From: Diplonema japonicum
Taxonomy: Eukaryota > Protista > Euglenozoa: Diplonemea
Assembly: GCA_964019335.1 (NCBI GenBank)
Contig: OZ025675.1
Coordinates: 434,001 to 498,000 of the forward strand
Reading direction: 5' to 3'
DNA: 64,000 nucleotides
Positions within the stretch are counted from its first letter, which is position 1. Every line of letters starts with the position of its first letter. The notes below the pieces were generated by a model that saw only the letters and a program-made list of their open reading frames with translations, had not been told where the DNA came from and did not search any database. Positions 11,802 to 22,103 of the stretch are shown in pieces. A program made the translations under genes and the position numbers.

Positions 11802-13280
11802 AAGGGGCCCCCTGAATAATCCCTTTATTTGGGCAGTGGAGGGGGGGTGTTAGGGCTCCAAAAAAAAAGAATTATTTGGAATACACTTATTTGGGTTGTA
11901 CTTATTTGGGCTGGGGGGCCTGCCACATGGAAAGCAGGGAGCGGGGCTTAGAGCACTTCGGAAATCTTAACATGCTAAATCGTCCAAGACTTTTTTCATG
12001 CCCTTTTTTTTTCCAAGTTGTGGAGAACCCACAAACGTTGCAGACAAACCGCCTGGTTTTGGCGTTAGGTGGTTGCTGGGAGGTTGCTGGGGTCTGAGAG
12101 GCTTGAGAATCTGTCGGGGCTTGAGAAGCTGCAAGGGCTTGGGAGGCTGCTGGAGTCTCATCAGGTGTAGTGTCCATTGTAACACCTGCAACAACGTTCT
12201 GTGCTGCACTGTCTAAACTTTGCTAAGTGCCCTTAGCTGTATGGCCTCCTCGGAACTACCTGGAAGGTAGCCGTGAGATCGCATATAGCTAAAGGTGTTG
12301 AGCAGTTGCATGACCTTTCTCATGTGCTTGCCCTATCCACAGTGCCACGTTGACTCGGCACTCTGCTGCAGTCATCAACGTCCCATCTCGGCTGCTTGGG
12401 GCATGCCACAGCCCCCCTTAACCCCTCAAAATGGTGAGAAGCAACCTCACAATACAGACTTTTCCTTTTCAATCGATTGTTATATTTGTACTAATAAAAT
12501 ATAGCGTGCACGACGGCACTGATCAAGCGACTGGCACCTTCTGAAGAAGGGCCTCCCACGTCTGCTGGGTTGAGCAGAGGATGCCCCAGGGCGGCCGTTC
12601 CAGTCTGATCATGTTGCACTATAATATATTTCTCATCTTCTAGAAGAAAATGGGGTTTTTGCCCTCATGGCTCACTGGGCCAGCACTCTTACTTGTGTAA
12701 GCAGCCTCACAATACTGCCAGTGGGCTACGACACAACTTTGGGATCTTGCTCAGGAATGGAATATTGACATTGTGGGCCATGAAACAAAGCAAATACTGG
12801 ATAAGTTGTCAACACATGAATGCACATGCCCTTCCGGCAACGCAGAAGCACCCAGGCCACCCACAAGCGCCTTTGAACTAAGTGGTTCTGTGAAATTTTG
12901 AACCGTTCATCACAAACCAGCTAGCTTCTTGCATTAAGATTAATAGTCCCCCACAATAACCCAGGTGCCAAACCCTGTGGTCCCTGTTCAAAATGCAAAG
13001 GAATTGCTCGTAAGTGCCCAAAACCAGGTGAAAATCGACTTTTTGGTCAAAAAAGGGGTGTCATAATGGGTTAGGTAGGCTAGTACCCTGCACAGGCATA
13101 ACTGAGAAAAGCCCATTGCACGACTACCATGTGACCCCCCCCACCCTGGTCCCCAAAAAAAAAAAAGAAAGGGGGTTGGGAATTATTTGGGAAATTTGGA
13201 GTGGAATAATCCCCAAAAAAAAAAAGAATTATTTGGGAAAAAACACATTATTTGGGAGGGAATTATTCAGGCCCCCCCTT
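11802..13280. mobile_element. non-autonomous TIR transposon (~1.4 kb), TA-flanked
   Basis: TA|AAGGGGCCCCCTGAATAAT...ATTATTCAGGCCCCCCCTT|TA; subterminal TTATTTGGG repeats; inverted second copy at 38754-40088. Confidence 0.8.
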
Positions 13281-13419
13281 TAACAAAAGGAAGCATCTAG
13301 TAGGGGAATTTCCTTAACTTTTCCCTCCCCATGTTTCTCATGCAGCCCCCTCACCTCTAAGTTTTAACTATTTTTTTCCCCTCAAGTTTTCGAAATGCTC
13401 AACGTCAGTTAAAAGGAGT

Positions 13420-13459
<40 letters not shown>

Positions 13460-14477
13460 TGTGTGAAAGAGAGTGATTGGAAAAGAGGCCTTTTTTTTTT
13501 TTCCTCCACAACGACACATTGCCATTTGAGTGTTCAGGGGTCGGTAGCATTTTCATTTCTTAATTGAACTAAAACTATAAATTACAGGGCTGAAGAGATG
13601 AGAGGGAAAGAGAGACAAAGGAAATCTAGGTGATGAGCTATTAGAGAAGAGAAAAAAAAAGAAAATAAAGTAAATAAGAGTTAAAAAATAATACTGGTAT
13701 TTATTTTTCTTTTCCTTTTTTTTTTCCCTCAAAATTCGTGATATTGCCTTACTATAGGTAGCTAAGTGTGGGGGGGGGGGAACTATACGTTTTTGCTTTT
13801 TGTGTAGACAATTACCGTACCGCGAACTGGTAGAAGACATGTAAGAGGAAGTTAGTTTTTTCTTTTTTTTTTTTTCCCCTCTTTTTTTTTTTTCTTTCCT
13901 CTTTTAAAGTTTTTGTTAAAAAAAAAAAAAAAAAAGACAATGTCTACATGCTAAGCTAAAAAAGTTCGGCTTGTTTGTGCAAAGCCGTTTTCAAGCTGCC
14001 TGTACTCTTTTTTTTGCAATAACAATTCTTTTTCAAAATTTGTTTACTTGTTCCAGCAAAAAGAAAAAAAAAAAGGACTAGGGGCGTTTCTTTATTTGTT
14101 GTTTTGATTTGCCGCAAACGGGAAAAAAAAAAAAAAAAAAAAAAAGGAAACAAAAAAAAGGCGAGTATTCGGTTTTGTGTCGTCAAATAAAGATATTATT
14201 TTTAACGCGTAATGCTGCAAACATTTCTTTTTTTGTCAATAACAAGTGTTTTTTTTTTAATTCTGTTTTAAAGTGCAAATGGGTTTTAGTATTTTTCTTT
14301 CTTTTTTTTTCTTTTTTTTTCTATTTTGCCTAATAAAAGAGATCATGTGTATCGCGAAAACACTGCCCCAGCATTTCTTTTTTTTTTTTTTTTTGATAAA
14401 TCCAATAACAAGGTGTTTCTGTTTCTGTTCATCATAAAAGATATTCACGATGATCCCACAAGCCAAGACTTGTTCTT

Positions 14478-14508
<31 letters not shown>

Positions 14509-14512
<4 letters not shown>

Positions 14513-15080
14513 TTTATTAAATGAAAATCAGATGGCCTGATTTCACGCGTGGGGCCCCCTTTTTGACGAGTGAGTAAAAAAAGGAGTCAAAAAAGGGGAC
14601 CCCACAAGTGAAATCATGCTCTGATTTTATTCAATACTGCATTTTATTTAATGATGAGCTGCTCTCGCAAAGAATTTAGGTGCTAAGTGTGGCTTCGCTG
14701 CTGCCTGCTTGTAGCGGCACTATGCGACTCTTTACTAAACACGGTACTGGGTTTGGTATGATCAATTCGGCGAATCGATGTTGACGTTTATGTCAAACGT
14801 GATTCTGTGCACTTCTGAAGAAGTGGGCTGTGTCGAAGGGGGCAGGGCTGAAGGGGGCGTTGCAGGGGACTGCTGTGTTTGTTTAAGACGAGTGGTAGGT
14901 GCAAAACCTCTCCCACTCCTTCCTGTAGGCCATTTTGCTTGCCGTTTGAAGCCTGTCTTCCATCACAGTTTAGGCTGATGCCCTTGGCTCGCTTCCCGGT
15001 CACATTCGGTTCCCATTTTGCTAGAAATGACTGTGAACTGATTTTCACACAGCCCAGCAACGTTTGGCTTAATTGATTTA
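14509..15080 (-). mobile_element. Crypton-like element, family 2, truncated copy
   Basis: Terminal hairpin (CCCCTTTTTGAC..GTCAAAAAAGGGG); paralog of 41924-42665; encodes a degenerate KEWERFCTYH segment. Confidence 0.7.
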
Positions 15081-15758
15081 GAGTCCAGCCCACCCAAAAT
15101 GACCCCAAAGGTATCACAGATTTTCAATCTGCGTCCATTCCTCCTGTCGCTTTTCACGGAAAAACGAAAATAAAAAATGGAGTCTGGGTTATTTGTAACT
15201 TCCAAATTGAATTGTTTGCCAAAAACCATTCTAAAAACATGTTTTTGCACGTGCGTTTTAAAAATAAAACAAACGGCGAGCATTTTGACCTATATGGTGT
15301 TCAAGCTTAGACTGCATTTCTGCACACAAAGTGGTGTCGGGCTACTTTTTTACTTAGAAATTTAACGGGGGTTTTTCGCCGCATAGGGGGTCATTTGTTG
15401 ACATTTTTTTCCGGACGAGCTCATATATAAAAAAAGAAATAAAAAATAAGCACCGCATTTTGAACTACATATGAGAAGGAGAAGAAAAAAAAAAGAGAAA
15501 AACATAATGGATCGCATCTTGCTCACTCTCTAGCCCCTTCTTCCTTTCACCTTTTCTTTCTAAGTTTTCTTAGTGAAAAACCAAGCAGCAAGAGAAAAAT
15601 GTGAGCAAGTTATCGGAGGATCGCGATGGCGTGAATCCTTCTTTTTTTTTTCTTTTTTTTTTTTTTTCCAAATTCTTTAAGAACTTTAGTCTTTCCGTTC
15701 CATATTGCGTCTTCGGATATATTTATAAAAAAAAAAATATATATATATAATATTATAT

Positions 15759-17333
15759 GGTCACCTCTCCGCTATTTGTCAATGTTTTTTCGAAAAATGC
15801 GAAAAAACGCTTTTTTAAATTTTCACAAAAAAGGGGCAGCATGCAACCACAGGAAGTATGAAAGAAATGTGTAAATTGTCCCGAAAACTCCGTTAAAGGG
15901 CTTGCTTTTGAGAAAAAATACAATGTGGAGGGATGAAACATAAAAATGAACCGAAATTCGGCTGTCACGAAAACGGGGGAAATGCAGCAAATCCCGATTT
16001 ATTCACCCAGAAACGCGCAGCATTTAACCATAGATCTCTTATTCAAAATTTTATTGACAATCTGCAGCCAAAGAGGGGTCCCACTGGAAGGTGCTTTTGT
16101 CTCTGTTCGATCTTCGGTGGGCACTAGTGAGCCAATTTGTGTGCGTTTTTTGGCCTGCTTTTGGCCCTCCTGAAAATAAAATCAGATTTTCTACACAGCG
16201 ACACTTCTAAGTGCTTCAGAGTGCTCTTTTGGCTCAACAAACACCATGAGGTACTTGTGGGGTGCTGTTGGGACTCTTGCAGCGGCTTTTCGGCATCTAC
16301 TGCAAAGAGCCGGATGAATTCGGTGGGAGAAACGGTGGTTCGGAACAGCCCTTCTTGGAACAAGGATGTCGACCCGAAGGACATCATCAAGTTCTTTTCC
16401 TTGGACAACAGCGACACGCGTTTGTGTTACAGAACACGAGAGTCCCCTGCTGGGAAAATGCGTTCTGATGCATTGTCGGCAGGCATAGTTTGCACTATTG
16501 TGACTTGGTGGCAAAATGAATCGATTCTGCATCAAAGTCGCAGAACAATTCGTGTTTCTCCCGGGAGTGATCAACGCATTGGGCTGCGTCACGTCCAAGG
16601 CACTTTTCATGAGTTCCACGTACAGTACCTGGGCTCGGGTGCTGATGTAGTTGGCTACTCCACCTTCCTGAAGAAACGCCCGAGACAAATCAGGCCAAAT
16701 TTCCCAATGGAAAAGTTCCAAAAAATGGCAAAATCAGCCTTGGTAGGGCCCCAACTGGGACACCAGCCAGGTGGCCCCAGAAAAAAAAAAAAATAAAGTC
16801 TGTTTTTTGGGGTGCCAAGTGTGTGTGGGTCTCCAGAAAAGTTTTTGGTACCCAGGTCCCCAGGTCCCAGGGACATTGCCAGTTCCCACAGACACCGAGG
16901 TGCTGATGCAAGACCCACACCCAAAACCGATACTTCTTAAAAGCCCACAACGCCGCTATGCGCCGTATCGGCTGCACCGACTGCTCTGAAGTCACTACCC
17001 TTGAAGGGCTTCACAACTTCACAGTGTGTGACCTCAACAGCTTCGACTGCATGGCTTGAAGGAAGCTGGATAACAAGGTACCGGTTCTCGTGGCGTATGA
17101 ACACAGTTTGCACAACTTTGACATGGAATTAAAGGGAAAAGTAGTGTAAATCCTGCTTAATTTTCGCTGGGTTTAAAGAAAGTAAAAAAAATGACAGAAC
17201 CTAGCCATGATTTTCTTATTCAAAATTTTATTCCACTTCTGGAGCAAATCCAGGCATGGCTTTTGATTTTTACACTTAAAGAAATATGAAATTTGCGGGC
17301 ACATACTTTGTGACAAATAGCGGAGAGGTGACC
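15759..17333 (+). mobile_element. Sola-like DNA transposon, deleted
   Basis: Perfect 23-bp TIR GGTCACCTCTCCGCTATTTGTCA; ATAT duplicated at 15755-15758 and 17334-17337; ORF 16137-16796 contains IIKFFSLDNS and VGYSTFLKKRP, resembling Sola2 N-terminal motifs. Confidence 0.75.
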
Positions 17334-17383
17334 ATATTTAAAAAAAAACTTCATTGAAAGTCCCTTCCTGCAGTCGTCAGACC

Positions 17384-17434
17384 AATGAGATTCCTTCTAT
17401 CCCTACCTACTATCTGGTGAAACAGCAAGGGTAC
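17384..17434 (+). other. degenerate LSU (28S) rRNA-like fragment, not a gene
   Basis: AATGAGATTCCTTCTATCCCTACCTACTATCTGGTGAAACAGCAAGGG resembles conserved LSU AACGAGATTCCCACTGTCCCTATCTACTATCTAGCGAAACCACAGCCAAGGG. Confidence 0.6.
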
Positions 17435-17833
17435 AGACAAAAAAAAAAAAAAAGGGCGATGCTTAAGGGCAAATCCCACTTGAGAACCACCCTTGGGGGT
17501 GGTGGGGGGTCTACCTTTTGATGCTCCCAAAGAAAAAAAATTATCAGGGACCCCGGTTCAAACCGAATTTATTTCCGTCCATGTTGGCCTGGCACGTTCC
17601 CCCCCCCCCCTTTTTTTCCCCCTCTTTTTTATTATTGACATAATTGTCGAGACTATAAAAACTAGTTTTGATGGCAGTGTGAAAGATGATTTCTTATTGA
17701 CGCAGAATTTGGAGAAAATAGGGCTTTAAAAAAAAAGGGGGGGGGGTGCCGCTCTGGCCAACCGAACGCCCTGATTTCAACGATATGCCCCCCCCTCCCC
17801 CCTCCTTTTTGTAACATAATGTTATAAACCTCT

Positions 17834-20068
17834 TCAAGACGCCATGCTCACCACACCTTCTAAACGCTGAGCGATCTGGGTATCCTTGAAGAGCTTTTCC
17901 AAGAGCTCTTGTACGTGACTGGAGTGAGAGTCCCCCAGGTGAGCCAGTTTCGCCAGCGCCTCCGTGAAATCTCCTATTTTCATCGCTGCCCAGTAGTTAT
18001 CAAGAAACTCATCTTTACCAGCTTTCTGTCCCTCCAGCTGGTACATCCACTCCTCTTCAGTAACTTGCATTCTCCCACGAACCCAATGCATCCCAATCAT
18101 CACTCCCGTGTAGGACCTCACTTTGTCCACAAGGTGCACCGTCATCCCGTTCAGCCCGTCCACCACAGCATCAGACGCAAAGACAGACGGTACGAGCCCA
18201 AGCTCCCTGGCATGCAGCGCCATGTGCGACCCGACATCAACAAGATCCGACCCTATCACGTTGAACCTCTGCTGTGCGCTCCCAAGGATCCCGTGGAAGC
18301 TGAGGCCCGTGTTGATACCGATGTCCACAGGCATGATGTCCCTTGCGCTGGAAACGATTTCGAGGGCAAGGTTCGTGCTGCACTGCTTGCTGGTGCTGCT
18401 TGCGCATTCGCGAACGGTGTTCCATGTGATAACAATCCTGTTCCCCTCCAGGTGGCTGATCACACCCTTGTTCGCCTTCGACAGGTCCACAATACGTCCG
18501 AAGAGCTGTACGTGCCGTTCTACAGCAGAGTCGAGTCCTTGCCTGCAGGCCTCTGTGAAGGTTGCAAGTTGCACCGTCATGCTCGTTGCCGGTCTGGACA
18601 ATCTCAGCCCCAACGAGAACATGTTCAGCCCCGGTCCTTTCCCTGAGCTCGCTGCAGTCCTCACACCTGTCTTCGTCCCGTCGCTCACGTCTGTCGCCGT
18701 CTGTTCCACAGACTCATCTTCTGACGCTTCTATCACTGCTTTAGGCAAGAAGGCCTGTACCTGCTTCACCATCTCCACAGCATGCCAGAACCCACCATAC
18801 AAGGAATCAAGTTCAAACAGCACATGAGACCTTCCAACAGACAGAACATCAGGGTGGTCCAGGTGCATGCTCGCCACCCTGTTAAAAGCCTGCGCCAGCT
18901 TCCTGAGCCTCATGGTGAAGGCAAGCGTCACAACTGTGGCGATGATGACAGAGGTGATTATCAAGACGGTCACAATGATGGTGGTGTCCCTGTTCGAGTC
19001 GTAGATCTTCTGGAAGAACACCTTCTCAGGGATGAGCCCGATGAGGTACCAACGGAGGTTGCTGTGGTACACAGGGAAGACCTGCAGCCAGTACTTGTCG
19101 CCGTGGCTGAAGGTCGAAAAGTACTCCTCGTCCCCTGTGAAGAGGGAGAGGTCAGGGAGGGCTGCATCCACAGTGTGATACAAGGAGAAGTTCGTCGTGC
19201 GCAGGGTGTAGAAGACGAAGTTCGGCTGCCCATTGGGAAGGGTCCCGTTCTGGTAGTAGACCTTGTCAACATCGGTGGAGATGATAAGATCCCTGTTCCC
19301 ATTAACAAGGAGGAGCGACGAGTCGATGGACAGGAGGTACGAGTTCAGCGAGAAGAAGGAGAGGTAGAGTCCCACACCGGTGACCCCTATGAAGTCTGCT
19401 GGGTTGGGGGTGAGGGTGCGGAAAACAGGAGCCGTGAGGGCGGTGAAGGGACCACCCCCACCAGCTATCCCCGGGTTCAAGGCCACAGAGATGGGGATCC
19501 ACCTGGGCCTGTTCTCACTGCGGTACTGCACGATGTTGGGGCCTTGTGTGAACATGGTGACGAAGGGCCGCTGGGAGACGTTGCGTGGTGCCGAGCCGTT
19601 AAAGGTGTTGATCCATGTCCCGTTCTCGGGGAAGTAGGGCTTCTGGAAGTCGAGGAAGGGCTCGTTGTTGAAGTAGAGTGAGCTGCTAAGGACATCGATG
19701 AGCATCCCAAGGCCGTAGACATCCCCAAGGGCCCTGCTCCCGGGCAAGAAGAAGTACAGCTTGAAGAACCCTGACGACATGAAGAAGTGCGAGGCCCTCC
19801 GCACCCACACCTCAGGAGAGCTGTTCAGGCTGATGATGCCGTGTTCGATGTCGCTCTTCGCCGACATGACAGCGTCCTCCGACTCCTTCTGCAGCTTGAA
19901 CTTGATCTCGCTCGTCACCGTCTGCATCATCGATATCGCCAGCCTCTTCGATACGATGTCGATGCTGTCCTCTGCGTTGTTCTTCGTGATCACGAAAGCA
20001 AGCACAGACGACACCGCCACCAAGGCAGCCATCGTGGTCACCCCTACCACTGCTGTGGGGAGGCGCAT
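17834..20068 (-). CDS. family B copy B1: TM-dCache-like-TM-HAMP receptor with degenerate class III cyclase domain
   Basis: 744 aa; N-terminal TM, ~330-aa ectodomain with dCache-like pattern (RPF..W..TAPV..GV..LRWYLIGLIPE), TM2, HAMP-like ELDSL..F, cyclase-like IGINTG..HGILGS..RFNVIG, EWMYQL. Confidence 0.9.
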   Translation of the reverse strand: MRLPTAVVGVTTMAALVAVSSVLAFVITKNNAEDSIDIVSKRLAISMMQTVTSEIKFKLQKESEDAVMSAKSDIEHGIISLNSSPEVWVRRASHFFMSSGFFKLYFFLPGSRALGDVYGLGMLIDVLSSSLYFNNEPFLDFQKPYFPENGTWINTFNGSAPRNVSQRPFVTMFTQGPNIVQYRSENRPRWIPISVALNPGIAGGGGPFTALTAPVFRTLTPNPADFIGVTGVGLYLSFFSLNSYLLSIDSSLLLVNGNRDLIISTDVDKVYYQNGTLPNGQPNFVFYTLRTTNFSLYHTVDAALPDLSLFTGDEEYFSTFSHGDKYWLQVFPVYHSNLRWYLIGLIPEKVFFQKIYDSNRDTTIIVTVLIITSVIIATVVTLAFTMRLRKLAQAFNRVASMHLDHPDVLSVGRSHVLFELDSLYGGFWHAVEMVKQVQAFLPKAVIEASEDESVEQTATDVSDGTKTGVRTAASSGKGPGLNMFSLGLRLSRPATSMTVQLATFTEACRQGLDSAVERHVQLFGRIVDLSKANKGVISHLEGNRIVITWNTVRECASSTSKQCSTNLALEIVSSARDIMPVDIGINTGLSFHGILGSAQQRFNVIGSDLVDVGSHMALHARELGLVPSVFASDAVVDGLNGMTVHLVDKVRSYTGVMIGMHWVRGRMQVTEEEWMYQLEGQKAGKDEFLDNYWAAMKIGDFTEALAKLAHLGDSHSSHVQELLEKLFKDTQIAQRLEGVVSMAS

Positions 20069-20140
20069 CTTCGTCTTTTTTTTTAAATGTAACGGCGTGA
20101 AAAAAGCCTTTGGTGTGTTTGTTCCAAGGAAAAAAGAAAA

Positions 20141-20330
20141 ACTATTCTGTTAACTGAATCGTCCAATGCTTCCAAAAGGCGATCTTGCAACGACCACCAC
20201 AGCTATCGCCAACGTGCCAAGAACTGGGCTAGTGAGCTTCAAGGGAGCTAAACGGTTCAGACATGGCGCGCCACCCCCATAAGCCTCACGACCGGGGACC
20301 GTAGCGGTGGTCACCACGAGGAGGTCAGCA
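20141..20330 (-). repeat. dispersed repeat, probable retroposon 3' end
   Basis: CTGTTAACTGAATCGTCCAAT..TTCAGACATGGCG also at 25192-25340; both copies follow an A-tract. Confidence 0.6.
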
Positions 20331-20493
20331 ACAATTCTAGACTTTTGGCCGCACGTAGGGCTTCAAAGTGCGGTCGTGGTGACCCCCCCCCCCCCCCCCC
20401 CCCCCCTCCGGGTCAACTCTGATCGTCTTATCTGTTAAAATAAATAGAAAGGGAATAGAAGAGAGGCAGTAAAGAGAGGGAGATGAAATTAAA

Positions 20494-21107
20494 ATATATA
20501 TGAGTTAAAGGAAGTCTTTGTGAGACGCCCCCTTGTTCGCATCCTCTACCTGCACCTATCCCCTTTCAGCAGCGGTTTCTCCTCCTTTGGTGGTCTTGCC
20601 GGCCTTCTTTGTGAGACGCCCCCTTGTTCTCCCCAGCCTGGCCGCTCTTTCTCTTCGTTCTCTTGCCCATTGTCCTTTCAACGCCTCTAGGTCATGCTTG
20701 GTCTTCGGTGATGCAAATATCGCCCTCCTGTTCCATCCGATCACCGCCTTTGTCCTCCCGATGGATCGTAGTGTGCACCCTTGTGCACGGCTCAGCTGGG
20801 AAGGCTCTCCTTCCTTTCACCTTCTTCAGTGCCCTTCCTAGCTCCCATGTGTGCCAGATCTTCTTCATCAATCCATGCAATCTCCTCGCTTTCTGCTGTA
20901 CTTCTGCGAGATCCCCCAGCTTCCCTCCCAGGGTCTTCCCGGTCACGTTCTCGAAATCCAGTGCCAGCTCCACCGTCGACACTGACGTGTTCCTGCTGCC
21001 TGCATACCAGCGCAGTTGCCGCATCCACCTCAGCACCTCCTTCGTGTACTCCCGTAGGACATCCTGCCGGTAGCTTGCCGAAGTCCTTGTCCGATGGTAC
21101 GGTACTC
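20494..21107 (-). mobile_element. 5'-truncated non-LTR retrotransposon (family 1), longest copy
   Basis: Minus-strand coding remnant WMRQLRW..SVSTVELALDFENVTG..GWNRRAIFASPKT runs into the terminus shared by ~7 much shorter copies (nested 5' truncations). Confidence 0.72.
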
Positions 21108-21809
21108 TAAAAAAGCAATGTATAATCTCGCTTATAAAAGCAAAAAGTTCACGCGTGAGACAACACCCCTTTGCACTTACCGATACGGCCGCGTGCAGAG
21201 GAGAGCGTATTTTTCACGTGTTAAGATTCTGAAATTCAAATTGCCATTTTACTTGGAAAAGCAAAACTGTGAAACCTTCGAAGTACAAAGTAGTTTGTCA
21301 CTATTTTATGTTAGGTTGGCGTTGCTCGCCACCATTCGTTACTCCTTTCTCCTTTTTTTCTTTTTCTCTATAAAGAAAAAAAACTCGATAAAATTTCAGT
21401 GTGCATGCATGGGGGTGCTCACTGTTCAGGTAGAAAAAAAAAAAAGGGAGAAGAGCTTTTTAAGGTGGACGTATATCGGCTATAGGCCGTCAACGCTCTG
21501 CATCGGCAGTCTACCGTCAGGCTCTTTCCGCCAATTCCTAAAGTACAAATCATTAGCACCCCCCTTTTGCATCTTTTTCTTTTCCGATTAATGCTGCGCC
21601 CTTCCCTCCCCCTTGTGCTCGGTTCCATTCCTTACAAGGGCCTTCCTTGTCTTGTCTCACACCTCCGTGCTCTGACATTCCTCGCACTCTGGTTTGGTTC
21701 GGGCTACAGACCGCTCCTGAATCTTTTAAACCATCCAGTCTTTTCCTCCTTTCCTTCCTTTGCTTTGCTGTTCTACTCTTTTCAGTGAGAAGGGTTTAAA
21801 AGAAAAAAA

Positions 21810-21850
21810 GAGGCATTTAAGGGTACCTGCGGTATGTGACAGGACGCCTG
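21810..21850. repeat. ~40-nt dispersed repeat GAGGCATTTAAGGGTACCTGCGGTATGTGACAGGACGCCTG
   Basis: Near-identical copy at ~30043-30084, both embedded in A-tracts. Confidence 0.7.
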
Positions 21851-22103
21851 AAAAAATACCCCCTCCCCCGCCTTAGTAAACCCGGTACATTAAGGCGGGG
21901 AAAACAAAAGCTGGGCCTCCTACGCAGGGCGAGTGGAGGCTAGAATAAGAAAAGTCCACTGTACCCAAACCTTTTTACAGTAACACATCAGGTTGCTTGT
22001 GTTGCATCCTTTATTGCAATGTGGTGGATTGGGGGGTTAAGAAAAGAAACATCGTGGGAATGCGGAACAACCCCCTCAAAAGGTTGCCGACGAAACATAT
22101 GCA

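Noticed and set aside
15088-15422. Possible MITE (AAATGACCCC / GGGGTCATTT)
   Set aside because: Only ~10 bp of inverted match, no TSD and no second copy.
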